A DNA stretch of 64,000 bases from assembly GCA_040954595.2 (NCBI GenBank), contig CM082587.2, positions 7,429,705-7,493,704 on the forward strand, given 5' to 3'. The stretch is from Balanoglossus misakiensis (taxonomy: Eukaryota > Animalia > Hemichordata). The notes beneath the pieces were generated by a model. It was not told where the DNA came from and ran no database searches. It was given only the letters and a program-made list of their open reading frames with translations. Below, in pieces: positions 28,101 through 41,361 of the stretch. Each line of letters opens with the position of its first letter. Positions within the stretch are counted from its first letter, which is position 1. Made by a program: the position numbers and the translations under genes.

Positions 28101-28326
28101 CTAGATCTGCAAATATTTCTATAGCATGTGGCATACAAAGACGTCGCTAATTTCACTTACCAAACATGCTGCCGAAAAAAGGTAACCCTCTCGGGCCTGG
28201 TGGTAAGTGGGCTGGTAGACGCATGCTCCATAACGCTGCCAGCACCAATAGCACGATCAGTATGATTAAAACACTGCTTGGACTGCTTAGAAAATCCTGT
28301 AGAACGCTGAATGTCCGCGAAACCAT
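22920..28326 (-). CDS. Cytochrome P450, clan 2 (CYP17/CYP1-like), copy B, 510 aa, 9 exons
   Basis: Exons 28326-28161, 27897-27724, 27136-27043, 26761-26600, 25800-25592, 25021-24896, 24519-24280, 23702-23604, 23182-22920 (1533 nt). Same motifs and intron phases as copy A. Confidence 0.95.
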
Positions 28327-31300
28327 GGTGTTCAAGTGCTAGTTTGCACAGAATGTAATATGAAAGTGTGTAAATAGTTTATTCTGTTAACAAATATAAA
28401 ATATGATCACACGAGTCTCTCCTCGTGTACACAAAGGAGATCTGATTCTATTCCTGCAAATCACAAGTCCCGTAGTCCAAGAAAAATCATATAAAGGCGT
28501 TTTCTTCCGCGAATTTCAATAAAGTTCTTGTCAAACCAGAGCAATAATGCTACATAAATCATAATTATAAATTGTAAAAAATACCTATCTTTATTTAGCA
28601 ATACTTTTTTGGTTACTTACTAAGTTACTTTCATTGGTCTTTCTTTGCCATCTACACATTGTAACTCATACAGTTGTCTTGTGTATGATTGTTTTGTCAT
28701 GCTGCAAACTGACCAAAATCCTGTCGGCAAGTTTTTACGCGAAGAGCATTCGATCAAATTGTAATAAGATTTTTAACAATTCAATATGGCGGCCAAAGTC
28801 ACATGGCCAATGGCGATTTTGTTGTCTAAATTACAAGGACTGAGGACATGTGAACTAGACACCAAATTTGGACTTGATTGTCCCTGTAGTTGTTTAGAAG
28901 AAGCCATTTCACGATTTTCACTATTTCCAATATGGCAGCCAGGTCACGTGACTTATTAAAATCCAAGGATTTAGTGCACGACTACTTATTGGCCTTTATC
29001 ACTGTTTCAAGTTTTGAGCCTGGTAGCTGTTGCATTTTGCCAGATTCAGGTTGGAAAAAAAGAGTAATAATCTGAACAACCAGGGTCGAGGAGGAATTGG
29101 GTCAGCTCGATTGAGGGGGGGGGGGTCCAAATTACTTGGGTCGAAACGGTCCGAGATCGAATTGACCCCTTCGCGCCTAACCAATCATATCCGAGTCCCC
29201 GACGCTGACCTTAAATGACTTGTCGTATTGAGGGAGGGCAATGATATATGAGCTAAAAGGTCGACGCATTGTCAGAAAAATCAAGGGTAACCGTACAATG
29301 CATTGCTCCACTGCACAGTCACGTACACACAATCAGACTTCGCACGCAATTTGTTTTTAAACTTTCATGTTTTTTTTAAATAAATCTTCAAACGTTGAAC
29401 AAGAAAATTCCAGTGGTAGTTCATGTTAAATAGTTAATTTGTGACCGATAATAAACTGAGTATACAGATGCGTGACTGTGCAGTGAAGCAATGCATTGTA
29501 GAGACAATATGTGTACGCTCCCTTTGGAATTCAACTTGCTACCATGTTTGACTTCTGTACTGGCCAGCGATAAAGAAAGTTGTCAAACCCAGAAATCAAA
29601 ACCGGACACTCAATTAATTTTCCCTGTATCTGTTGAAGTGACAGTGCGGCAAGCCGTAAACGTAGTGCGCTTTAACAATATAACCTATCACTAATTACAG
29701 GGGCAGCTAGGATTTTGGAGTACAGGTTATACTAAAGGGTCACAGGTCCTTCAAGGCCACATATGTACCCCAAACGAATAGGAACAGCCTAAACTTCTAC
29801 TCCGAAAATAATGGTCCAATTAGGGACCATTCAGCTTTTACGGCTAGGGGCGGCAAAATCCAGGGGAGGGGGTCACGTAAATTTTGAAATCCAAAAAGGG
29901 GGGGGGGGGGGGCATCTTTTTTGTGAAAGTAAAATTTGTCCTCCCCAACATTGAGTTAATTTGCTTTTGAGTTCATTAAAATGCAACTTTGAGCACTGAC
30001 CGTATTTTACAAATTGTTCTTATGTGGGACAGCGTTTAAGAGTAGTTATGAACACTAAACACTAACTTGACCGAGTTTTGAAAATGTTAATCATCTACAA
30101 TTCAACAGAGAAATTACTGACCTTTTCCTGTGTTGAGCAGCTTTAAATTGATACTATGACTCACTCTGACAAGGTAGGCCTACAAGGTGTACGTAGCTGT
30201 TAGAGCTGTGAATGTAGTCGGGTGCGCACATTCATCGAGTCACGTTGGAACTAAAGGGTCGACGCACTCTCACACAAGGAGTCATTGACATCTGGCGTCA
30301 CGGGGTCACCTCGTTTCTGGTTTGTTGACGGGGGATCAGTGTATGTTGACAGATTACGAATGAACCGCTGCAACTGACAATAAACCTTTGATGATTCAAG
30401 GGTGAGTTTTCAGCACTATAACAAGAAATTGCCGATAAAGAGCAAGTTACTTGGCCTACGACCACAAAATAGATGGAGATGGCTTGATGAGATGAGATGG
30501 TACAAAAATGGTACAAAAATGTGTGATATAGATCTTTATTGTAGTATATGTACCTGCTTTATACCAATGCCATATTAAATTTCCACATTCTGTGAGTTCA
30601 TTTGCTCCAGCAATGACCTTTGAAGTTTTGAGGGTGCCCTACGCAATACTTGTTCTGAATGGGGACATTTAGCAGATTTAATGAAAGCTTTAGCAAAATT
30701 CTTTAAATGAGTCGCTGGACATCATTAAAAAGTAATGATGATAGCAGTACATGTACTTGATGTTACAAAATTATACTATAGTATATACTATAGTAGGTAT
30801 AGCGCCCTCAAAGGTGAATGTTGAAATTCCTCACAGCAAATACTTTTTTTTCAGTTTCAAAGAATTGTGGATCAGAATTTCAACATACAATCAATCCAAA
30901 CCAAAAACACCGAACTAATGTTTACTGCCAGCATATTTATACACTCGACATTTTAGTTTTTTTTACGAGTAGGCACGTTTGACGGCTTTTACGAGAAATT
31001 TAAATTTTCGATACCATAGATTACATTGGCGGCCTTCAGAAATGACAGTTTTAACAAAAATAATTAATAATGTACCTTTTTCCTACTACATGTTTCGGTT
31101 TGAACGATGGTGTTATACATAAAAGAAAAAAAACTGTTAACTTATACTGTTGCAATTAAAGCGATTTGAGCTCCACAGAAGGAATTCACTGACCAACGAT
31201 TTTCAGTCCTTTGGCCAGAAGACCCGTGTGTTCACTGCGTGTACTGTATGCATGCCGTATGTCATTTGCTGCAGCACGCTGTTATTCCACGAAAACGCAT

Positions 31301-32248
31301 CTGTACTTTAACTGTTTCTGAAATTTGACAGGACGATAACTGGTGCAAATACCTCCAGCGTGATACTTGGATTTTGTATTAAAACTTATACATGTGTATT
31401 GCATGTGTCGTTTTGGGGTGCTTAGTGGTGCACAACATGTAGTTTGTCGAAAATAGGCATGTCAGAATGGCGGCTTCGTGTATATTAATCTATGTTGCAC
31501 CCAATCAATGTCAGCAGGACGAAGTAACTTATTGGTCAGGAATCTACATGACAATTTTCCAGTGTGAATTAAAAGCACCATTGTGAGGATGCCTTTAAAA
31601 TAAACGTTCATTTTCACTTTATTATTTACCATAGTCTTGTTGAATAAATATTTATAATGTTTCAGTAGTGTAGGCTGCCAGCTGTGTGTTTTCCTATGAG
31701 GCAATGGCAGCCATCTTCTCTTTTTGACTTATTCATCGAACAGAAGTGGCCGTGGCTTCGAGTGCCAAATAAATAGACCCATGGGATTAATATATGTGCA
31801 TGTTTTGTACTCTATGGCTTTTTTAGGGGAAACGTGTGAACGTGCATTGAGTGTTGAGCTAGAGAGCAAGCTATTTATGGAGCTGTCACTTAATATGAAG
31901 GGATGGGCCGGGGGGATGGGGAGGGTCATTTACAAACCCACTTTTGAAAATATGTCTCTCTTGCTTACAAAAAAGAATGTACTGTAAATTGTACAATAAT
32001 AAGTATAAATAAACAGATTAATAAATAGACTTGGATTTTACAGGATGCAAAATTGGTGCTGAGCAATGTCACCTGCAAATCTTTTGTTCAAAGCCATATG
32101 GAACTATGGTCGATTGACGCACCGTGGTCGGACAAAGACGCCAACGGCAGCGTTCGCCGTATCAAAGCTTAGTACTGTAGCTTGGCAGAGTTTGAACAGA
32201 GCCATCAGCGGATAGAACGAGGAATTGGACACCGCGCGCTCGGCCTCC

Positions 32249-32377
32249 GCTGATCACTGCGTCTCACGTGACTAAGCAAGACGCGTCACGAAGATAGATT
32301 GGCTGGTACCCTGCCTCGGTGACAAAAATTGACGCGACGCGTGTTTTTGCCAAGTCACGTGAGACGCAGTGTTCAGC
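32249..32377. repeat. Imperfect inverted repeat/hairpin carrying two TCACGTGA E-boxes
   Basis: GCTGATCACTGCGTCTCACGTGACT (32249-32273) versus AGTCACGTGAGACGCAGTGTTCAGC (32353-32377). Confidence 0.7.
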
Positions 32378-35300
32378 GAAGAAGATAGACGCAGATATAG
32401 TAGCTGCCATCCGCCATTTTGACATTACTTGCCTCTTTGGTGCTTGTCACCCAGGCAGGGTACCAGCCAACTCTCGGCCGTGCACATGCTCGCGCGACCT
32501 TTTAGACACTGACCGTACCGACACTGTGCCTACACTCTTTATATTTTTGTAGCTGCAGGCTCAGCGAAGGTACGTTCATGTGTAAACAACGTTGCGCGTG
32601 CTCGCGATCGACCAGGGCATGCAACGTGATATGTTGTTAGCCTTTATGTATTATGTCATTCACAAACAACTTTGAGGGGGCTATGTAGTTTATCTGATTG
32701 TTTATTTGCTGTTAGGTAACCGCGCCCTGAGCTGTTGATTAAAAAGGGCAGTGTTGTTGCCCTCGAATCATTTGGAACAATTAAGATATTTTAGTTGCGG
32801 GTTCATGTGTTTTATCAGGATTGGTTTAGAAAATAAATGTAATTTTTGTAGAAGACCCATTTATTCAAAATTTAATCCAACTGTCCTTCCATAATTTCAA
32901 TACGAAGTATAATGTTAATACGGATTTTGAGACATACTGTGGATTTATTAATGCTATTCCTACAACCTATAGAAAAAAAACGTATACATTACAGTCAAGA
33001 AGAAACAATCAAAATTGATGAAACAATTTCCTTCTCAGTTGGCGAGCAGATATTTTCCTTTGAAAACACCAGTACAAAATTGTTTTATAGCGCACTTGTT
33101 GAAAATAAGGTAGAAACGCCAACACCAAAGCGTATTTTTTAAATCACATCGTTCTGATCACAAATAAACACTTGTATTCGTTACGATTTTGCAATTTTAG
33201 ACCGTCATTTGCAATGTTTTGAGATTGAAGCCATTGGTGATGCGTTGACCACAATCGTTGCACGGATTTGGACATTGCATATCCGCATGACCTCATTACC
33301 CTACATACAGGCGCACCGACGAGTAAATAGTTGATATCGATGGCGTAAAAAGATAGTACGTCCAATGTACCTCACCTATTTGTTTTGTTTATCATTTCAG
33401 TTGTTATGTCGGTGCAGACTGGTACCAGAAGTAGGTATAGGTGACAGGTGATGGGCGTTGGGGAAATATTTGCCAATTCGGAAAAATCCTTCATCATTGA
33501 CGTGTGGTGGTCTACTGGACCAATTAGTTCCCATCGACAGAATTAGCTGAATGCTCATTCTATTTAAATGGTCATCTAACTGTAAATTTGGGCGGAAACG
33601 TTGTTTGTTTGTTTTTACGTGGAGATGAGTCGGTGGAAATCAGTGGGGGGGGGGGGTCCCAAACAGCTTTTAGGGGGTGTCTAATTTTATATTATAATCA
33701 TTGGTAAGGGATCATTTTTTACAACAGATCAAGAGTTGTATGGAATTATAGCAAATTATAACAGAATTGACTGAACAGTGTATACAATAGAATACGAACG
33801 TGTCTTTATTCTGTGTGATCAGGTTCAAGCAAGTACACTTCCGATCACAAAAACATTTTCAGGATGTGTCTTGCCAATATTATGACATACGTCACTTCAA
33901 AAACTTTGGAAAATAGCTCTATTAGAAATATGATGGAGTTTTTGCAAAGATTTTCAGACCAATTGTGTCGAACACACACCCATATCTGGCAAAGTTTGAC
34001 AAGCTTATTCCGGTGGATAATTTGTTAAGGTGGGGTCATATTTAGGGGTTATCGACCAAAATTCGTGTAATAACCCCTTTTTCATACATGCCTACCTATA
34101 AAACAGTACGATTTGCGAAAACAATTTCGCGGCCAGAAATTTGAACCGGGTTGCCGTGATCTCAGGGCGCCCGGTTCAAACCACTTGCCAAGATATAGCA
34201 AAATATTTGACAGAAACACTGGCTATATAATAGTAGATGAATAATCTGAAATATCAGCAGTCATGATACGATTTAAAGTTCAGTCATGTTGATTATTTTG
34301 AGTTCAGCGTTGGGAACGCGTTGTACTTTGTCATGCAGGTGGACAATGTGGAAGTTCAACTTCCATTTCATTTCATCATGGCGTCGGTACACAGTTCATT
34401 ATCGGTCACAACTCAACTGTTTAACATGAACTACCACTGGAATTTTCTTGTTCAACGTTTGAAGGTTTATTAAAAAAGGCATGAAAATTGCGTGCGAAGT
34501 CTGATTGTGTGTACGTGTGCAGTGAAGCGATGCATTGCAGAGACAATATGCGTACGCTCCCTTTGGAATTCAACTTGCTACAATGTTTTACTTCTGTACT
34601 GGCCAGCGATGAAGTAAGGGACCATTCAGTTTTTACGGCTGGGGGGGGGGCGGCAAGTTTGTGTCATCGGTTTTCAAAATCAGGCCGACCCCCTTCACCG
34701 AAGACCAAAAATGATGACTCCCCTTTGACAGGCCCAAATATATGATGACCCCCCCCACCCACGCCGAAAACATTCGCCGTCCTGATCCTATATACACTGT
34801 ATGCAATAAAGGGAATGAGGCTCCTCACACCTCAATTATAAATGTCCTTAAGTAATTGAAGTATATAATAGTATATCGTTGCAATAAAGAAATCTATGAA
34901 CAAATTAAAATGACAAGTCAATACAATAGTTGATAGAATTGGTAAAACAAGAAAGTGGCGGGGGTGGGCGTGGGGGTGTCCCCCTCCCACATAAGAAAAT
35001 TTTGTAAAATACAGTGCTCAAAGTTGCATTTTAATGACCTCAAAAGCAAATTAACTCATTAATGTTAGGGAGGACAAATTTTACTTTTGCCACTCAATGT
35101 TAGCATCGATGGGGTGTGTGGGTGGGCAAGTGCTATGCCCTGGTACACTAGATGTGGCGAAGAATGAAGGGGTGGGTGTACAGTGCTCAAAGTTGCATTT
35201 TAATGAACTCAAAAGCAAATTAACTCAATGTTTGGGAGGACCAATTTTACTTTTGCCACTCCACTCAAAGTAAGCATCGGTGGGGTGGGATGGCAAGTAC

Positions 35301-35821
35301 TCTGCCCTGGTATAGTAAACAAACCAGCCAATAAGTGAAATGTGGCGAAGAATGGGGTGGGTGTTGGAGGGGGTGTCCCCCTCCAACATTAGAAAATTTT
35401 GTAAAATACTACCAATTTCAAAATACCTTGGAAATTCTTTGTGTTCGAGTGTTACAATAAACGTCTCGCACGATAAGAAAAAAAACGTCTAAGTTCATGA
35501 AACTGAATACCGCACTTTGTTTATTTTGCAACAAAGTTACCGTTTCAAACGTTCGTAATCCCACTGTGAGATTGTCTGTAGTCTTCTCTGAACCTTGTAT
35601 GAGGATGTTTTGCACTGACAACCAAGGAAACTTCCTAATGATGAAGAGCAATATATCGAGTATTTAAAACGACAACAAACTCCTTCGATTTCATACGAAG
35701 AAATTCAACAAAAATTGGCGGAATTTTCGCAAGCAGACGTGTCTATACCCACCGTCTGTCGAAACGTCAGAAATCGTTTGTCCGACAAAACGGGGACTTG
35801 GAAAAAAATGGCGTGTTGCAA

Positions 35822-36607
35822 ACGACGAGAGTTGTTTAGCGTGTCGAATGCTGCTCTACGAAGCTCGTAGTTACCTTCTGACCGGGACATTTACGCTTGA
35901 ACGGACTGCGTTCCCCCCACTTCAGGTTGGTATATTCCTTTGAAGCAGAGACGTGAATTGCTAGTTCCGCGGGTTGCAGTGTATCCCGTCTGTTGAATTT
36001 GCTTTTAGAAGAATCAACGTATTGCGAAGAGAGACGATTGAGATGAGAATTAGCGGTGTAGGATAGAGACGACGTACCAAACTGCCATGTTGTATTCTGA
36101 ATTTGTGTTGTTGAAATAAATACAACGGAGTGAAAGCAAAATATATGAACTCAGCGTGACAGGCTACATTGTTTGAAAAATAAGGTCGGCGCGTCATCGC
36201 GCCCAGCGGATTTTTTTTTCAGATCTGGCTTTTTCAACGTGATTGTTTGGCGTTCATTATTAGTATAAATCCATGTTCTTGTTCCGCTATTTCCATTCCG
36301 AAAACCCTAAAGTTTTAAACGTGTACACTTTGACCAGAAAAGGCCTCAGACACCTTCATATGCTGTCCGGCAGCCGGGGTGGGATATCCGACTGCGGTGC
36401 AGCTCAAAGTGGCGTGGAGCTGGTCATGTTTGGGGCGGTGCAGCCGGTCGGTGGATCGACGTCCCACACTTTCATACCCGCCGGCGTGCAGCAGTCGGCA
36501 AGAACCCATCGGGAGGAACCCAGTCCGTTCAAGCACAAATGTCCCGGTCAGAAGGTAACTACGAGCTTCGTAGAGCAGCATTCGACACGCTAAACAACTC
36601 TCGTCGT
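35822..36607. repeat. 87-97-bp inverted repeat with a ~600-bp spacer
   Basis: 35822-35908 is the reverse complement of 36521-36607 with 2 mismatches. It extends ~10 bp further with 2 more mismatches. Confidence 0.9.
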
Positions 36608-37263
36608 CCGTGCTCGAATCTTCCACCCCTTTCTGTTCACGTCTCTCTCAACACACACTACTTCAACTGGGCATTGGGATGGGAGGCGCCTCTTTATGGG
36701 GTGCCATGTGTTAACTTATTATTTAGCTAAATTATTTGTTCAAAAGTCGTTATTTAACATACTTATATGTATGTAATTATAGATTTGCAAACCATTTAAG
36801 TCCTGACAATTTATTTATAAATAATTTCAAGTCGATTCAATTATATACATAAAATGTATTTTATGCTCTTTTATTTATATATAATTAATTATTTATAATT
36901 ATTTATAACGTTCACAGAGTTTATCTGTGACGCACGTTTGACATTAGTTTAACTGAGCTCTGTATCAGTTGAAACATAACATGTTGGCCGATTCAATACA
37001 TTGAGGTTAATCATTACCACCAACCCAACAAAGGGTACGATCTTCCTACACTTGTAACATGTATTGTGACATGCGCAGTCGAAACTTTAACTTGCACCGT
37101 ATTGTTCTGGTCTCTGGTGTAAAAGTTTTCGCAATCTTATTGTGGTCATACATATACATCCTTAGCGCCGTCGATATGGAAACTGCTTGGAGGAAAAGTA
37201 ATCATCAAGAAAACGTTAGTGGGTTTCCTTTTGTACAAATTTAAACATATCTACACATCCAAC

Positions 37264-40063
37264 ATGAAGGTCGATGCGTGTCCGAACAACACACACCAAG
37301 TGAGTATAGTTAGGCTACTGACCCACAGCAAGCAGGAATGACATTCGAGATTGTGCATGTATGTTCCAATATATTTGTGACATATGAAAATTAATATTTC
37401 CGGTATGTGTTGCAAAATTTAGAATTTACTTGAGGTGCGACAATCGCGGAGCTAGACACATAGTCACGATAGTGCACTAAATTGCATACGACGTGTCCTT
37501 TTTATTGAATTAAGTATTCCTACTGCTGAAATTATTTGAGGTCAAACGAAGAAAGATTCAGTCGGGCGGTCAAGCTAGTTCCCAATATTTTACTTGCAGC
37601 GATTACGATCCGTGGCTACCTGCGGCCAAGTGAAATTCTAAACTATATTGAGACCGATGAATTCGTCTTTTTAACGTTCTTTTGAATCGCAATCAGGTTG
37701 GTGACCCCACATAAGCTTATCATTTGAGTTTGGAGTCCACCAGTTACAGTCATGGAAGGCCTCAACTTTTGCATGAGAATGCGTGATAAGCCATTTCCAA
37801 TGTTGGTTTGATTGCTAATGAAACTTTTCGTTTTAATTGTTTCCGAAGTCACATATCCAAGCATTTTGAGAGTGGTGACCCCATGGCAAGAACAGCAAAT
37901 TTTGACCAACCGAGTCCAAGAACCGCTCGCACAGTCTCCACAGCGAACGGAGAGGAAAACCTTGCGGGCGAAAATGTCAGTATAGCGGCAAAGTTATCCG
38001 CGCTGGTTCACGCCACAAAATAACGGGTCTACAATGGTTTCGCTTTCCGTCGATATCAAGATGCCCCAAAATGTAACAATATATGTAATAAGCGTTTATA
38101 GTTAACTCCCTAAATTTTCGGTAAGAAAGCTAACTATTGGTAATCAGATCAGTCGCGCAATATAATAATAAGGTTATTATATTGTGTTAAATACGCCTAC
38201 AGTTTCAAGGCGCCCAAACTCACCGCTAATTACCTCTTGCATACTTTGCGACATTTTAATAATAACCTCATAGTATTTAGGCTATAAACAGTATACACAC
38301 AGATATCAGCCAAATGAAATTATTATGTTGCAACCCTATTTGTCAACCAGTCAACGTGTCATTAACTACATACGTACTTCTCATTCCTATGGTAACCTGT
38401 GCAATGTTTGAGCCACCCTAGCCATTTTGTTCCAGCGAAGACGATTTTAAAGGTCTCTCACCAGTTTTGCAATATTCAATATGAGGAATATAGGGCATTT
38501 ATTATTATTTTATTACATTTTATCATATTTTACATTTTCCCGTAGATTCGAAGTTATCATGCAGCCTGGGACCGACAGCTTCGCAATGACCAGCGGCCAA
38601 ACAAACCTACAGTGTGGCGCAGACTTATCGGTTTCTTGGGTTGCTTAATATTGGCATTAGCGGGGACACTGCTTTGGAATTTTAGGGTAAAACGAGTGAT
38701 AGAATGGGATATTCCAGCGTCCAATAATCCGACAAGCGACCATTTCAATAGAAATTCGCTGGACTGGCCTATGGTTGAAGAGAAAGTGAGAGCTTATAAG
38801 TCGCGCGCAGTCGACGTGGAAAATGACATCAAAGCGTTGATGGGCAAATGGAATGTTAGTGATGATATGGTAGATCGAGCGTTGGTTCATGTGACGTCAA
38901 CTGAAATAATCACCCAAACGTTTTTGGATGTGATACTCAACGGCAAAGAACTGGTCATCGGTGTAACTGGAGGGTCAATATCGACTGCAACGGCCGTCGG
39001 CAAACAGCATCTCTATGTCACTACATTGGTTGAACTGCTACGCAAATTACTCGGTTCGAACATCACATTACAAAACGCAGCCATTGGAGCGACGTCTACA
39101 GCATTTGCCCTCTACTGTCTGGATGAATATCTTGATCTCGAGCACGTGGACATCCTACTTTGGGAGTTTGCTGTAAATGATTTTTCGATGAAGGTCGGGT
39201 GCTCTCCACAGGACGCATTTACCAGAAAAATTAAACTTCACAACAGTGTCCAACTCGTGTATGTTAACTTTTTAATGGGTAAGAGCCTAAAGGCAAAACA
39301 ATGTAAAAACAATGGAGATATCTGTAGTAGGCCATTGAGTGAACACTACGACATACCATCTGTACACATCAGTGATTCTATTTGTGACCAGGTTAAAGCT
39401 GGTAACTACGGAGATTTTGTAAGTCCTCTTGACAGAAATCACCCAAGTATAAAAATGCATGACATGGTTGCTATAATTTTATTTCGCCTTTTTAAAAATG
39501 CATTCAACCAGAAAATTCTTGATGTTGAGTACATGATCAAAACTAGAAATGTACACCATCATTCTATACCTTTTCTTCCAGTTACAGATATACTAAGTGA
39601 TCGTTTTAACAGTTCGTATAGTATGAAATCCTTCTGTTATTCAACATCTTTGGCAGAAATAAGCAATAGACGTCCACTGAAACCCATACTTAATCAAAAC
39701 TGGAAAATTGTAACGATGACTAATAGATTACTTCGTGTGGATAAAAAACAGTTCTGGGCTTCACAAGAACCTAATAGTACTATTGTAATCCGAATTCACA
39801 TTAATGACACTGCAAACAGCACATACCAGATAAAAATCGCGAGCTTAGCTTGTAAGACATGTGGCAAAGCATTTGTCTGGCTAGATGAAGATGTGCAAAA
39901 CAAAACATTGTTGTCAACCGGGTTTAAGTTTGGGTTCTGTAGACTCCATGCGGCTATGGGTGGAGTGAAAACAGGCAACCATACTGTCAGTATCCAGGCA
40001 ACTGCAGGATCTGTCCAAATAGTTGCAGTTATTGCTGTGAAAGAACCCACATACATTGTGTAA
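37264..40063 (+). CDS. Type II membrane SGNH/GDSL hydrolase-like protein (putative glycan O-acetyl esterase/transferase), ~517 aa
   Basis: Main exon 38546-40063 follows a polypyrimidine tract and TAG acceptor and is open in phase 0. TM segment LIGFLGCLILALAGTLLW. SGNH blocks GVTGGSIS, NAAIGATS, WEFAVND and DRNHPS. The proposed first exon 37264-37299 (CAAC-ATG, MKVDACPNNTHQ|GTGAGT, phase 0) is less certain. Confidence 0.85.
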
Positions 40064-41361
40064 TAAAGAATGGTGATGTTAACGTTTTTCTTAGATTAAA
40101 CACAATCATCTCTCAGCTCTAGATATTGCAATCAAAACGATATTTTTTTCTTTTATCAGTGGCCAGGAGTGTGAAAACACCCTTTCTCACACTCCTGGCA
40201 CGCTGGGAATGTGAGAACAATCCATCACTCTCAGTCACTTCAAATTTTGAGTGTGTCCTGTAGTGCTCGCTCTCTCCGCCTCAATTTTCCCACCCGCCCG
40301 CCCTCAACAAACAAGATGTGCATTTGCAGATTTACAGTGGTTTTCTGGTCGATTGTAACCTTTTTCATCCATGTATTTTGCAATGGTCTTTTCATCATTG
40401 TGAGTTGATATTCCTAGTTGTGTTGGCCTGCAAGAGCCCCCAGTTCACGTAAATAAATAATGGCTCTTGCCTTCAGCTGCCAAACCTGTGTCCTTGTTTT
40501 GTGTGTTAGAGAGATTTCAAGTAATTTATTTTTAATATCATTAATTAATACTCCTATTTTGGCATCTTTTGTGAAAATTTCAAGAAAATGACAATATTGT
40601 GATACTGTTTTCTCAAAATTCTACAAGTAAGGCTATGGAATGTGATAACCACGCACTGTGCCTCGGTAGTCATCTACCTTTATGCGGTTATCTAGTTTGG
40701 TTGCGGAATCTAAAGGGGTCACTTTGAAGTCAAGGACCCATTTCAAGTCTTCACAACTGTGATTTGACCAATACACCGAAGTAATGTGTCCATTCGGAAA
40801 TTACAAGTTTCGATCTAATGTTCATTAAGAGACAAGATGATGTCGAGCTTAAAGGTATGTTGAGTCATAAAATTAACAAGTTCGTTCGAAATCAAACCAC
40901 ATCTCAAATTTTGGATGCAGCTGCTGAACCTTTAATGAAACCATCTCCTCGTTCGCATAATCTATTCAAATTCAAGTATGTTATTTTCGATCCATACGGT
41001 TATGTCATCATGTATTCTGTTAGTGACCGTTTTACTCTAGGTGCAAGAAAGTGGTCAAACTCAAACAATTTCACGTGCAAAATCCCTTCTTTCCAATGAT
41101 AAGCTATCAAAGCATCCTCCGGTCGCACACTATACGCATTGTAAATTATAAATACAAGGTTGCGCCAGATTGGTAACTTATTTACAATATACAGCCTAGT
41201 GGTGGTGCTTGTAAATTCATGTAGCATGTTCCGCCAACTGGTGTTCGGGAACAGGCGGCTTGGTGAGGAGACCGTGGCAAATGAAGATGAAAGAAAATAA
41301 TCGCATCGAGGTCATCTAAGCCATAAAAGGTTACACAATCAATGCACACCTCAAACACCGG

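Larger units (their letters stand above)
13746..30325. repeat. Tandem segmental duplication of the P450 locus: ~13746-21852 and ~21864-30325
   Basis: Both units start with TGTAGTCTAT..ACCTGGTGTC..CTAACCACACTGTCG and end with GGGGTC(G/A)CCTC(A/G)TTTCTGGTTTGTT. Exons, most intron sequence and flanks are collinear, with unit-specific insertions. Confidence 0.92.

Noticed and set aside
14396-28326. Naming the P450s CYP17A1
   Set aside because: The motifs support clan 2 only; orthology needs a phylogeny.
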